Shown here in pieces: positions 20,803-30,311 of a stretch of 64,000 nt of DNA. Position numbers and translations under genes: made by a program. The stretch covers positions 63,041-127,040 of the forward strand of contig JAEEOJ010000039.1 of the NCBI GenBank assembly GCA_016284175.1, read 5' to 3'. This DNA comes from Lachnospiraceae bacterium (GTDB taxonomy: Bacteria > Bacillota > Clostridia > Lachnospirales > Lachnospiraceae). The notes beneath the pieces were generated by a model, which did no database searches, was not told the DNA's origin, and saw only the letters and a program-made list of their open reading frames with translations. The stretch's first letter is position 1. Each line of letters begins with the position of its first letter.

Positions 20803-23172
20803 ATGAAGTGTATCATACTTGCAGGCGGGAGAGGAGACAGATTATGGCCCCTCTCCCGTCAAAGTTATCCGAAACAATTTATAAAGATTCAGGGCGATCA
20901 TTCGCTTTTCCAGGAAACGATAGCCAGAAATATTCCTTATTGCGATGAATTTATCATCATCACCAATGAGGAATATCGTTTTATTGCCATAAATCAGGTA
21001 GCGGCTTTCCAGGGACTCGTTCACCGTTTTATTTTTGAAGGTGAAGGAAGAAAGACAACGGCTGCAATTACGCTTGCATGCTTAAGACTTGCAAAATCCG
21101 AAACGGTTCTTGTGGTTCCCGCAGACCAGGTTATCGAAGGACTTGAATATAAGGATGATATTACCAGAGCTGTGGAATTAAGCAGGGAAGGCAATATCGT
21201 CACATTCGGTATGCCCGTTGAATCACCTGAAGAAAGATACGGATATATCAAAGCAGACGGCGAGAATGTTCTGGCTTTTGTCGAAAAACCCGATCATGAC
21301 ACAGCCGTAAAATATATGCAGGATAAGGATTATCTTATCAACAGCGGAATGATGCTTTTCAGAGTCGGCGATTATCTTGACGAATTAAGAGAGCATTCTC
21401 CGAACGAATTCAGACTTTGCATAGCTGCACTTAAAGGCAGAATTTCAAAGGGCAACTCGGTTAAATATCCTGCGGAAGTGATGAATTCGATTCCCGCAGT
21501 ACATATCGAAAAAGCACTTCTTGAAAAGACGAAAAGAGCGAAGGTTGTAAAGGCTCATTTCGGATGGAAGGATATAGGAAGTCTCGAGGATATTGAAGAG
21601 ACGAGATTAAAGACTTCGGGCGACGGTCTGGAGTATGAATATAATTGTGAAAATACGGATATCATTAACAGATGTTCCAAGAGTCTCGTGGTTGCAAACG
21701 GTGTATCGGATGTAATAGTCGTTAATACCGAAGATGCCGTTTATGTCGGTAAAAAGGGCGAGTCCGAGAGCTTAAAAGAACTGATTAATGATGATGAAAA
21801 TATATCTAAAATCGGCCGTTTCTTCGAATCGGGCCGAGTAATGTACAGACAGTGGGGAAGATACGAACTGCTTGTCGATACACCTCACTACAGAGTAAAG
21901 CATGTTGTTATCCAGCCGGGTAAAACGATTTTTTCTCACAAGCATGTATTCAGATCTGAACACTGGACTATTGTTTCGGGTACGGCATTTATAGAGCTTG
22001 ACGGAAAAGAAGGCTTGTTTAATACGGATGACGTGGTGGATGTTCTTCCGGGAATGACTCACCAGGTTTCAAATGCGGGAGATACAGAGCTTGTAATAGT
22101 TGAGGTTTCCGTAGGCGAAAACGTAAGCGAAGACGACAAGGTTTCCGCAGATGCATTTACAAGCAGTAATGAGCAGACTCATGTTTTTGATTCGTTAATT
22201 CGACTTAATCCTGCTTTTAAGGATAATCTCTGGGGCGGCAATAAGTTAAAAGAAATTTACGGCAAGAAATGTGACTTTGATATTCTCGCCGAAAGCTGGG
22301 AAATGTCGGCGCATGATGCAGGCCAGAGTATCGTGGCGTCAGGCCGTCACAAAGGTATGCTCTTTAATGATTATCTCGGAACCATAGGTAAGACGAACTG
22401 GGGCTGGAAATGCTCCACATTCGCTGATTTTCCGATACTGGTCAAATTAATCGACGCAAAGGACAAACTCTCCGTACAGGTCCATCCTGACGATGATTAT
22501 GCCATTGCAAACGAGAACCAGTACGGTAAAAACGAAGTATGGTATGTTGTGGACTGTGAGCCCGAGTCATATCTTTACTGCGGTTTTAACAGGGATGTCA
22601 GCAGGGAAGAAGTTTTACAGAGAATAGAAGACGATTCGATTCTTGATGTATTAAATAAAATACCCGTTCAGAAGGGTGATGTTTATTTTATCAAGGCTGG
22701 AACCGTTCACGCAATCGGTGCCGGAATTGTTATCTGCGAGATACAGCAGAGTTCGAACTGTACATACCGTCTCTACGATTTTAAGAGAAAAGACAAATTC
22801 GGAGACTACAGAGAACTTCACATCGACAAAGCTCTGGATGTGCTTAACTTCTCCAAATACTGTCCCGAAAAGATTGATGAAGGAATCGTCGACGGCGATG
22901 GCTTTAAAAAGAGAATTATTTCACAGTGCAAGTATTTTGAATGCACGCTGATTGATGTGGATTCATCCGCACGTATTTTAGGAGTGGAAGAAAGCTTTAC
23001 ATCATTCCTCGTACTTGAGGGAGAGGGCAGAATTTCCGTTCGTTCGATAGACGATCCCGAGAAGGTAAAAGAAGGAATTGCATTCAAAGCAGGCGACAGT
23101 TTCTTTGCTCCCAAATCAACGGATATCTTCGTGATTGAGGGCAAGAGCAAACTTATTATGACAAGAGTCTGA
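20803..23172 (+). CDS. manC: Mannose-1-phosphate guanylyltransferase/cupin fused to a type I mannose-6-phosphate isomerase
   Basis: LAGGRGDRLWPLSR..PKQF, FVEKP, NSG and WKDIGS, then cupin RQWG...H..RSEHW. A ManA domain follows with WGG, ESWE, LVKLIDA...LSVQVHP, K.E.W, GTVHA, EIQQSSNCTYRLYD and RELH. Confidence 0.92.
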   Translation: MKCIILAGGRGDRLWPLSRQSYPKQFIKIQGDHSLFQETIARNIPYCDEFIIITNEEYRFIAINQVAAFQGLVHRFIFEGEGRKTTAAITLACLRLAKSETVLVVPADQVIEGLEYKDDITRAVELSREGNIVTFGMPVESPEERYGYIKADGENVLAFVEKPDHDTAVKYMQDKDYLINSGMMLFRVGDYLDELREHSPNEFRLCIAALKGRISKGNSVKYPAEVMNSIPAVHIEKALLEKTKRAKVVKAHFGWKDIGSLEDIEETRLKTSGDGLEYEYNCENTDIINRCSKSLVVANGVSDVIVVNTEDAVYVGKKGESESLKELINDDENISKIGRFFESGRVMYRQWGRYELLVDTPHYRVKHVVIQPGKTIFSHKHVFRSEHWTIVSGTAFIELDGKEGLFNTDDVVDVLPGMTHQVSNAGDTELVIVEVSVGENVSEDDKVSADAFTSSNEQTHVFDSLIRLNPAFKDNLWGGNKLKEIYGKKCDFDILAESWEMSAHDAGQSIVASGRHKGMLFNDYLGTIGKTNWGWKCSTFADFPILVKLIDAKDKLSVQVHPDDDYAIANENQYGKNEVWYVVDCEPESYLYCGFNRDVSREEVLQRIEDDSILDVLNKIPVQKGDVYFIKAGTVHAIGAGIVICEIQQSSNCTYRLYDFKRKDKFGDYRELHIDKALDVLNFSKYCPEKIDEGIVDGDGFKKRIISQCKYFECTLIDVDSSARILGVEESFTSFLVLEGEGRISVRSIDDPEKVKEGIAFKAGDSFFAPKSTDIFVIEGKSKLIMTRV

Positions 23173-23244
23173 AAGCAAAAATAAAACGGTTGTCGGCTTG
23201 CCAAATGGCTTGCCGGACTCCAAAAAATGCAAGGGGGATTTATT

Positions 23245-25689
23245 ATGAAGAAGAGTCGTATCACTTTCAGGAGAATTCTTACGGCAGTCGTTTCGATTGC
23301 ACTTTTCCTAGGAACTATTGTAATACCGAGTACCAAGGCGGAAGCTGTTGCGTGGTATTCATCGGATGCTTTTACAGACGTTGGACGATCCAAAAAAGGT
23401 ACTCAGAGTTTTAAAGAAACAGAAGTAGTAAACACATCCAATATTTTTATTAATGCACATATGGAAACAAGTTTTCCAAATGATGGCGAGACAAATTTCG
23501 CTGGGTATACCGAATGGGAATTTGAAGGAAAGACATATCATTTTAAAGTCCCTGATGGATTATACGCTTATAATACTGTAACTCAACTTAATAATAAAGA
23601 CTTAACGGTTACTGTTCAGTTTATTCTTAGCTATGATTCGAAAAAGTTAAGATTAATTGAGCCAAGCGCACGATCATATCCCGGACATTATTATTATGCA
23701 CCCAATATGACAGAGGATGCGGTTGTTCAAGAAATCAGAGCATATATGGATTTTATGACTGATATTTTCACAAGATCTCAATGTCATGTAGATGCGTGGG
23801 TTTGCGGAAATGAGGTTAATGCACCCAAAGACTGGTATTTCTTTGGGACTGACTGTATGACGAATGACGGAGTAATTACCAATCCGAATCTGCTTCTTGA
23901 TAAGTATGTAAAATATTACAATATTGTTTATGATGCGGTTAAGGCCAAAAACAAAAAGTCCAGAGTATGTATTTGTGTGGATCATTGCTGGACTGAAACA
24001 GCCGGAGGAAAAGTTATTCCTACAAAAACTTTCCTTAACATGTTTAATGACAGAGAAGGCAAAACAAAAGACTGGTGTATCGCGTATCATGCATATCCTG
24101 CGGATTTAAATAAACCGGATATTTGGTCAAATTGGAATGGGCATGTTTGGAATCAAAAGAATGAAAATGCCCAGTTTGTGGATGGCTACAATCTTGAAGT
24201 ACTTACGGGATATGTAAAAAATAATTTCGGTTCGAATCACAGAATAATGTTGACGGAACAGGGATTCACAAAGGCGGAAGGTGAAGACAAGCAGGCAGCT
24301 TGCCTTGTATATACCTTTTATAAGGCTCGATTTGATGATATGATTGATGTCTTTCACGTTTTAAAATTCCCGGGCTCAGGTTGGGAATTGGGAACCAAGG
24401 CATCTCAAATTTGGGAAAAACTGGATAACGGAAGTGATGCTGATGAGCAGTGGATATTAAGTCAGGTTGGCGGAACATTAGGTATTAGTTCTTTTAGCGA
24501 GATAACCCCTAACTGGAAGAGCCAGGGCACACTTTCAAATGAGATTAAGCAATTCAAAGAAGAAAACCCGTGTTATTATCAGGGAGTGGACTACAGTCCG
24601 GTATTTGATTATGAGTATTTTGTTGCTCAGAATCCTATTCTGAATACTTTCTGGGGAAGAAAACCAACCTATGATGAGGCATTTGATTATTTTGCCAAAT
24701 ACAGTATGGACAGAAGTGATTCTCAGATAATGAAGAGCCATCCGGACTTTGATCTTTTAACATATAAATCAGAGCATCCGGAATTGGTAGCGCAGTTTGG
24801 AGATGACAACCGAGCTTATTATACATATTACAGTAAGAATTTTAGTGCAAATCCTGATCAGGTAAGGGCCTTTGTTGTAAGATTCTACAAAGAAGTGCTT
24901 GGAAGATCGCAGGCTGATATTGATGCGGACACAACCGGAATCGCTGACTGGACCAACGCACTGTTGGACAAAAGAAAGAGCGGTGCAGAAGTTGCCTACG
25001 GATTTGTAAACAGTAGTGAGTTTAGAAACAGAGACTTAAATAACGATCAGTTTGTAAGAACTATGTACAAGTCGTTCTTTGACAGAGAACCCGATGCAGA
25101 CGGATATGCAGGTTGGTATAATGATTTACAGAATGGTACCAAGACTCGACTTCAGGTCTTTGAAGGATTTGCCAAGTCCGGTGAGTTTAAGAATCTTTGC
25201 AAAGCATACGGAATCAATCCCGGAACATATACAGCCCCTGCAAAGCCTCAGGATCCCGAATTAAAGCCTCTTAATGTCGATACTACAGGTGTAGACGGAA
25301 GCCAGTTGGATGCTTTTGTGGAAAGACTTTATGATAAGGCGCTTGTCAGAACTTCGGATGCAGGCGGTAAATCATACTGGGAGGGCTGTATCTTAAACGG
25401 AAAAGACGATCAGGGCAGAGAATACGATATCAGAACAGTTATCTCCAAGGGCTTCCTTAACTCTCAGGAATACAAGAACCGGGACAGAAACAACGCTGAA
25501 TTTGTATTAGACTGTTATGCAGCATTCTTTGACAGAAATCCCGTAGGAACACCTGATGAACCTAACTACTGGAACTGGGTTCAGCAGTTAAATAACGGAC
25601 TTTCAAGACAGCAGATGATTGAAAACGGATTCGGTAATTCACAGGAATTCAAGAATCTGATTGAGAGTTACGGATTTGTAATTAAATAG
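23245..25689 (+). CDS. Secreted DUF5722-like (clan GH-A-like barrel) protein with a YxGVDY repeat and two DUF4214 modules (gene B)
   Basis: ATG 23245 follows AAGGGGG. Signal peptide, then WVCGNEVN, AYHAYP, RIMLTEQGF and QAA..VYTFYK, then YQGVDYSPVFDYEY, then the DUF4214 tandem. Confidence 0.78.
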   Translation: MKKSRITFRRILTAVVSIALFLGTIVIPSTKAEAVAWYSSDAFTDVGRSKKGTQSFKETEVVNTSNIFINAHMETSFPNDGETNFAGYTEWEFEGKTYHFKVPDGLYAYNTVTQLNNKDLTVTVQFILSYDSKKLRLIEPSARSYPGHYYYAPNMTEDAVVQEIRAYMDFMTDIFTRSQCHVDAWVCGNEVNAPKDWYFFGTDCMTNDGVITNPNLLLDKYVKYYNIVYDAVKAKNKKSRVCICVDHCWTETAGGKVIPTKTFLNMFNDREGKTKDWCIAYHAYPADLNKPDIWSNWNGHVWNQKNENAQFVDGYNLEVLTGYVKNNFGSNHRIMLTEQGFTKAEGEDKQAACLVYTFYKARFDDMIDVFHVLKFPGSGWELGTKASQIWEKLDNGSDADEQWILSQVGGTLGISSFSEITPNWKSQGTLSNEIKQFKEENPCYYQGVDYSPVFDYEYFVAQNPILNTFWGRKPTYDEAFDYFAKYSMDRSDSQIMKSHPDFDLLTYKSEHPELVAQFGDDNRAYYTYYSKNFSANPDQVRAFVVRFYKEVLGRSQADIDADTTGIADWTNALLDKRKSGAEVAYGFVNSSEFRNRDLNNDQFVRTMYKSFFDREPDADGYAGWYNDLQNGTKTRLQVFEGFAKSGEFKNLCKAYGINPGTYTAPAKPQDPELKPLNVDTTGVDGSQLDAFVERLYDKALVRTSDAGGKSYWEGCILNGKDDQGREYDIRTVISKGFLNSQEYKNRDRNNAEFVLDCYAAFFDRNPVGTPDEPNYWNWVQQLNNGLSRQQMIENGFGNSQEFKNLIESYGFVIK
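25369..25689 (+). repeat. Terminal DUF4214 module repeat (copy 2)
   Basis: High nucleotide identity to 17557-17877. Confidence 0.9.
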
Positions 25690-25720
25690 GTTACTAAAAT
25701 ATAAAGGGGGAATTTTTTGA

Positions 25721-27610
25721 ATGTATTTTTGTAACAAATCAAAAAGAAAGTATATAAGCACCTTTCTTTGTGCAGCGTTAACGGTTACAGCATTAGTCTA
25801 TGTTCCGTTAAATGTTGAAGCAAAGAATGGGGATACCGGAAGTACAAGTCTAAAAGTTGATTATCATACAAAAGAGGAGATAGCAGAATATATTAAGAAT
25901 CATCCGGATGACAATGCCGATAACAATAATTTTGCTGTTGTTCCCGATTTTAATGCTCCATATTCTCCGGGACGGTTATCTGACAGTACATTAAATGATA
26001 CATGCGCAATATTAAATTATTACAGATACCTTGTCGGCATTCCGGAGGTGACATTAAACGATAATTATACAGAGTCCGCACAAACCGCATGTTTTGTTAA
26101 TGCCGTAAATAAGACCAACTTACGTGATCTTTCGATTCAACCTTTGGGTATGGACGATGCGATGTATCAAAAGGGCTGCGAAGGTGCAGACAATTCACTT
26201 ATGAGCAGGGGTGTAGGATTTGGAGGTAATAATTATCTTTCTTTGGATTATATTGAGTATACTCCGGGTTATTCAGTGAGAAATATATGGGTAAAAAATT
26301 TCTTTGACATTAGATATCTGTTCAACCCTTATATGGCTCAGACAGGTTTTGGGGTAGTCAAAAACGGTGAATACACTTATTCTGCTATGTACTCCGCCGA
26401 TGAAAGTAATCCTAACGGTAAAAACTATTCAATGGTGGCATGGCCTGCTCAAAACACTCCCACAGGTGATTTTTTTGGAAAAGAGGAATGGTATCTTTTT
26501 ATAGACGATGATATACAATCTGCTACAGTAACTATGGAATGTGAAAACACCGGTGAAAAATGGATTTTCAGCAGTGAAAGTAGTAATAATTCCGGAGATT
26601 TTTATATTGATAACAGATGGTACGGGCTGAAAGGATGTATTGCATTTAAACCGGCAGATAGTATAAATTGCGACGACGGTGCTTCCTACAAAATATTTGT
26701 ATCTGCCAAGGGAAGTAAGCAGTATTCAATAGAATATACTGTGGATTTCTTCAGTTACACTGATTATCTCAGTAATGAAGATGTAAAAGCATTTGTAAAG
26801 AGATTTTACAAGGAAGTACTCGGAAGACCTCAGGCACAAATTGATTCCGATACGGCCGGAATTAACAACTGGACGGAAGCACTTTTATCAGGTTCTCAGT
26901 CCGGTGCCGAAGTAGCTTACGGATTTGTTAACAGTACTGAGTTCAAAAACAGAGATTTAAATAACGATCAGTTTGTAAATACCATGTATATGTCTTTCTT
27001 TGACAGACAACCTGATGCAGAAGGATATGACAAGTGGTACAGTGCTCTGCAGAATGGAAGTATGACGAGACTTCAGGTATTTGAAGGATTTACCAGGTCA
27101 CAGGAGTTTAAGAATCTTTGTGCAGCATACGGAATCAATCCGGGAACATATACCGCTCCGGCAAAGCCTCAGGATCCCGCATTAAAGCCTCTTAATGTTG
27201 AAACCAAAGGCGTAAATGAATCTCAGTTAAATGCTTTTGTAGAAAGACTGTATGATAAGGCACTTGAAAGACCTTCAGATGCAGGCGGAAAAGCATACTG
27301 GAAAGGCTGTATCTTAAACGGAAAAGACGATCAGGGCAGAGAATACGATATCAGAACAGTTATCTCCAAAGGATTCCTTAACTCTCAGGAATACAAGAAC
27401 AGAGACAGAAATAATGCAGAATTCGTATTAGACTGCTATGCTGCATTCTTTGACAGAAATCCTGTAGGAACAGAAGATGAGCCTAACTACTGGAACTGGG
27501 TTCAGCAGTTAAATAACGGGCTTTCAAGACAGCAGCTTATAGAGAACGGATTCGGTAACTCCAAGGAATTCAGGAACCTGATTGAGAGTTACGGATTTGT
27601 AATTAAGTAA
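25721..27610 (+). CDS. Secreted CAP/SCP-like domain protein (degenerate) with two DUF4214 modules (gene C)
   Basis: LNYYRYLVGIPEV, AQTA..VNA, LFNPYM..TGFG and VAWP. Full-length paralog of 30312..32309. Confidence 0.8.
   Translation: MYFCNKSKRKYISTFLCAALTVTALVYVPLNVEAKNGDTGSTSLKVDYHTKEEIAEYIKNHPDDNADNNNFAVVPDFNAPYSPGRLSDSTLNDTCAILNYYRYLVGIPEVTLNDNYTESAQTACFVNAVNKTNLRDLSIQPLGMDDAMYQKGCEGADNSLMSRGVGFGGNNYLSLDYIEYTPGYSVRNIWVKNFFDIRYLFNPYMAQTGFGVVKNGEYTYSAMYSADESNPNGKNYSMVAWPAQNTPTGDFFGKEEWYLFIDDDIQSATVTMECENTGEKWIFSSESSNNSGDFYIDNRWYGLKGCIAFKPADSINCDDGASYKIFVSAKGSKQYSIEYTVDFFSYTDYLSNEDVKAFVKRFYKEVLGRPQAQIDSDTAGINNWTEALLSGSQSGAEVAYGFVNSTEFKNRDLNNDQFVNTMYMSFFDRQPDAEGYDKWYSALQNGSMTRLQVFEGFTRSQEFKNLCAAYGINPGTYTAPAKPQDPALKPLNVETKGVNESQLNAFVERLYDKALERPSDAGGKAYWKGCILNGKDDQGREYDIRTVISKGFLNSQEYKNRDRNNAEFVLDCYAAFFDRNPVGTEDEPNYWNWVQQLNNGLSRQQLIENGFGNSKEFRNLIESYGFVIK
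27290..27610 (+). repeat. Terminal DUF4214 module repeat (copy 3)
   Basis: About 12 differences from copy 1 in 321 bp by eye. Positions 27374-27462 are identical to 17641-17729. Confidence 0.9.
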
Positions 27611-27652
27611 AAGATTGGTGCCAGACACCCTTCGGGAGTCGTGCACCTTCAC

Positions 27653-27689
27653 AAATCGGTGGCGGGAGTAAAATCCTGCTACCGATTTT
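27653..27689 (+). terminator. Stem-loop / probable intrinsic terminator between genes C and D
   Basis: AAATCGGTGGCGGGA-gtaaaa-TCCTGCTACCGATTT followed by a short T run. Confidence 0.65.
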
Positions 27690-27733
27690 CCTTGCTAATG
27701 TAAGCAAGAATAAAAGAAGGGAATTGTTTTGTA

Positions 27734-30265
27734 ATGAAAAGAATTAAGAGCAGTATTTTGAAAGTTATTTTTGTCGGTTCGATATCGATTCTGGCATTGG
27801 GGCTGGGAAATCTTAAGGCTCATGCGGCATCGCCTGTAGCAATCAATGAGACCAATTTCCCTGATGCAACTTTCAGGTCTGTTATCGCCAACACATATGA
27901 TTACAATCATAACGGCTATATAGATCCTGATGAAGTCAGCATGACAATGAACATTTCCTGCGAGGGAATGGGAATCAGTTCTGTCAAGGGAATTGAGTAT
28001 TTTACTGATATTCAGGGACTCTGGGTCAAAGATAACAATATAAGCAGTCTTGATGTCAGTAAAAATGTTCATCTTCACGGCATATGGTGTTCGGGAAATC
28101 CGCTTACTTCAATAGACATTTCTCACAATCCCAAGCTTGAATGGATTTACTGCTTTGATTGTAATCTTACTGCTCTGGATGTAACACACAATCCTGATAT
28201 GTCTTTTATAGAGTGTAACACCAATCCGATAAAAGAACTGGATTTATCCAAGACACCGAAGCTGGAGCATTTAACCTGCGGTACATGTGAATTATCATCA
28301 CTTGATGTAAGTAACTGCCCCAATCTGGCTCATCTGGATGCTTTCAGTAACCATATCACGACACTTGATGTTTCTCATAATACCAAACTTAAAAGACTCG
28401 ATATATGGAATAATCCGGGTCTTGGAAGTATAGATATCAGTAATAATAAGGGACTGCAGTATTACAATTGTTCCAATAACAATGCTAAAAGCGTTGATGT
28501 CAGCAATAACCCGGAATTAACCAAGCTTATCTGCAGTTACAACCGTGAAATTAAGAGCCTTGATGTGTCTCATAATCCAAAACTTGCATATCTGGATTGT
28601 GCGGTAAACGATATTTCATCCCTGGATTTGTCTAACAATCCCCGACTTGTGTTTTTACAGGCTTTTACCAATCCTTTCACATCAATTAATATAGGCAACA
28701 ATCCTTTTCTGGTACGTGCCTATAATGAAGGTGTAAAGAAGTGGGAATATCCTGCAGGCTACTGTTATTCGTGGACAATAGAATGGGGCGGAGAAACTTC
28801 AACAAGCGATAAGAACATTTTCTTTGTCTGTGTTGATGACGGTGTAAATGTAAATGCCAATCTCATAAAAGATATACATCAGATTTTCCCTGATGATACC
28901 GGTTCTGACGTTACAGATGCTACAAATCTGATGACCAGAGAAGAACTCATGCAGATACTGTATGAAATGGCAGGAAGCCCCGGTGTCAGCGGAATGAGCA
29001 CAAGATTTAAGGATGTTCAGCACGGTGCATATTATGAGAATGCGGTTATCTGGGGCGAAGCAAATCATATTGCTGTCGGATATCCTCATCAGTCCTTTGA
29101 TACATTCGGTGTGGGCAAATACATCAGAAGAGAAGATGCATGCTTAATGCTTATGAGATATTCCGAAGTAATGGGTCTTAGCAGAAGCATTGATTTCGGA
29201 AGAAGCGATGATTATCTCGACTATTATGAAATAGATTATGAGCACTGGGAAGCCGTTTGCTGGTCTGCAACATTACAAATCCTCGAAGGCAAAGGCGGTG
29301 CAACAAAAGATACTCAGAAAATCGATCCTCGTGGAAGAGCGACGCGTTCTGATATTCAGTATATGATAAGCAGAATGCAGGCAGTTAATTATCTTCCCGA
29401 TTACAGAATTCCTTCCGTAGCAAATCCTGTGGCGGTTAAGGCTTTTGTGGAAAGATTATACTTAACCGTACTCGGAAGAGACGGAGAAGTAAAAGGAATT
29501 AATGACTGGACCAACGATCTTATCAGCAGACAGAAAAACGGCGCAGATGTGGCCGGCGGGTTTGCCATGAGCCGGGAGTTTAAGAACAGGAATCTTTCAA
29601 ACGATGAGTTCTTAAAAGTACTGTATAAAGGTTTCTTTGACAGAGAACCCGATACGGGCGGATACAACGGCTGGATATCAAAACTGAACAGCGGCACAAG
29701 CCGCGAAGAAGTAATAGCAGGCTTTGTTAATTCGACGGAATTTAATAATTTATGCTCAAGGTATGGCATTAATCCCGGAGAATTAAAGGTAACTCCTTCA
29801 CCAAAGCCCACACCCCAACCTTCTAACGGACTGAAACCTCTTAATGTCGATACATCAAATGTAGACGAGGATCAGCTCACGGCGTTTGTTCAGAGACTTT
29901 ATCTTAAAGCTTTGGGAAGAACAGGAGAGGCTTCGGGAGTAGATTACTGGAAAGGCTGTATCTTAAACGGAAAAGATTCTGAAGGCAGAGAGTACGACAT
30001 CAGAACAGTAATCAGTAAAGGCTTTTTCTTATCTAAGGAATATGCGAATAAGAAAACGGGCAATGAACAGTTTGTGGCAGACTGTTACGCAGCCTTTTTC
30101 GACAGAGATCCGCGCGGTACGGATGACGAGGTAAATTATAACAACTGGGTTCAACAGCTTAACAACGGCTCGCTGACAAGGCAGCAGATGATAGAGCATG
30201 GCTTTGGCGATTCGCCCGAGTTTAAAAACCTGATTAAAAGTTATGGATTTATAATACTGGAATAA
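27734..30265 (+). CDS. Secreted LRR protein with SLH-like domains and two DUF4214 modules (gene D)
   Basis: Signal peptide AHA/A, NFPD..FR cap, DYNHNGYIDPDE loop and about 12 LDVSxNxxL repeats. SLH-like TREE...FKDV..GAYY..AV.W...F....IRRED, then the DUF4214 tandem. Confidence 0.85.
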   Translation: MKRIKSSILKVIFVGSISILALGLGNLKAHAASPVAINETNFPDATFRSVIANTYDYNHNGYIDPDEVSMTMNISCEGMGISSVKGIEYFTDIQGLWVKDNNISSLDVSKNVHLHGIWCSGNPLTSIDISHNPKLEWIYCFDCNLTALDVTHNPDMSFIECNTNPIKELDLSKTPKLEHLTCGTCELSSLDVSNCPNLAHLDAFSNHITTLDVSHNTKLKRLDIWNNPGLGSIDISNNKGLQYYNCSNNNAKSVDVSNNPELTKLICSYNREIKSLDVSHNPKLAYLDCAVNDISSLDLSNNPRLVFLQAFTNPFTSINIGNNPFLVRAYNEGVKKWEYPAGYCYSWTIEWGGETSTSDKNIFFVCVDDGVNVNANLIKDIHQIFPDDTGSDVTDATNLMTREELMQILYEMAGSPGVSGMSTRFKDVQHGAYYENAVIWGEANHIAVGYPHQSFDTFGVGKYIRREDACLMLMRYSEVMGLSRSIDFGRSDDYLDYYEIDYEHWEAVCWSATLQILEGKGGATKDTQKIDPRGRATRSDIQYMISRMQAVNYLPDYRIPSVANPVAVKAFVERLYLTVLGRDGEVKGINDWTNDLISRQKNGADVAGGFAMSREFKNRNLSNDEFLKVLYKGFFDREPDTGGYNGWISKLNSGTSREEVIAGFVNSTEFNNLCSRYGINPGELKVTPSPKPTPQPSNGLKPLNVDTSNVDEDQLTAFVQRLYLKALGRTGEASGVDYWKGCILNGKDSEGREYDIRTVISKGFFLSKEYANKKTGNEQFVADCYAAFFDRDPRGTDDEVNYNNWVQQLNNGSLTRQQMIEHGFGDSPEFKNLIKSYGFIILE

Positions 30266-30266
30266 A

Positions 30267-30302
30267 AAAACGGTAGTGAGGAATTTTCCTCACTACCGTT
30301 TT
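30267..30302. terminator. Bidirectional intrinsic terminator between convergent genes D and E
   Basis: AAAACGGTAGTGAGGA-attt-TCCTCACTACCGTTTT, a perfect inverted repeat. Confidence 0.9.
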
Positions 30303-30311
30303 AAATTGTTT

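Noticed and set aside
23173-23244. c-di-GMP riboswitch or other ncRNA before gene B
   Set aside because: It is a GC-richer patch, but no GEMM (GGCAAA/GAAA/CGCAAA) motifs or convincing stem were found.
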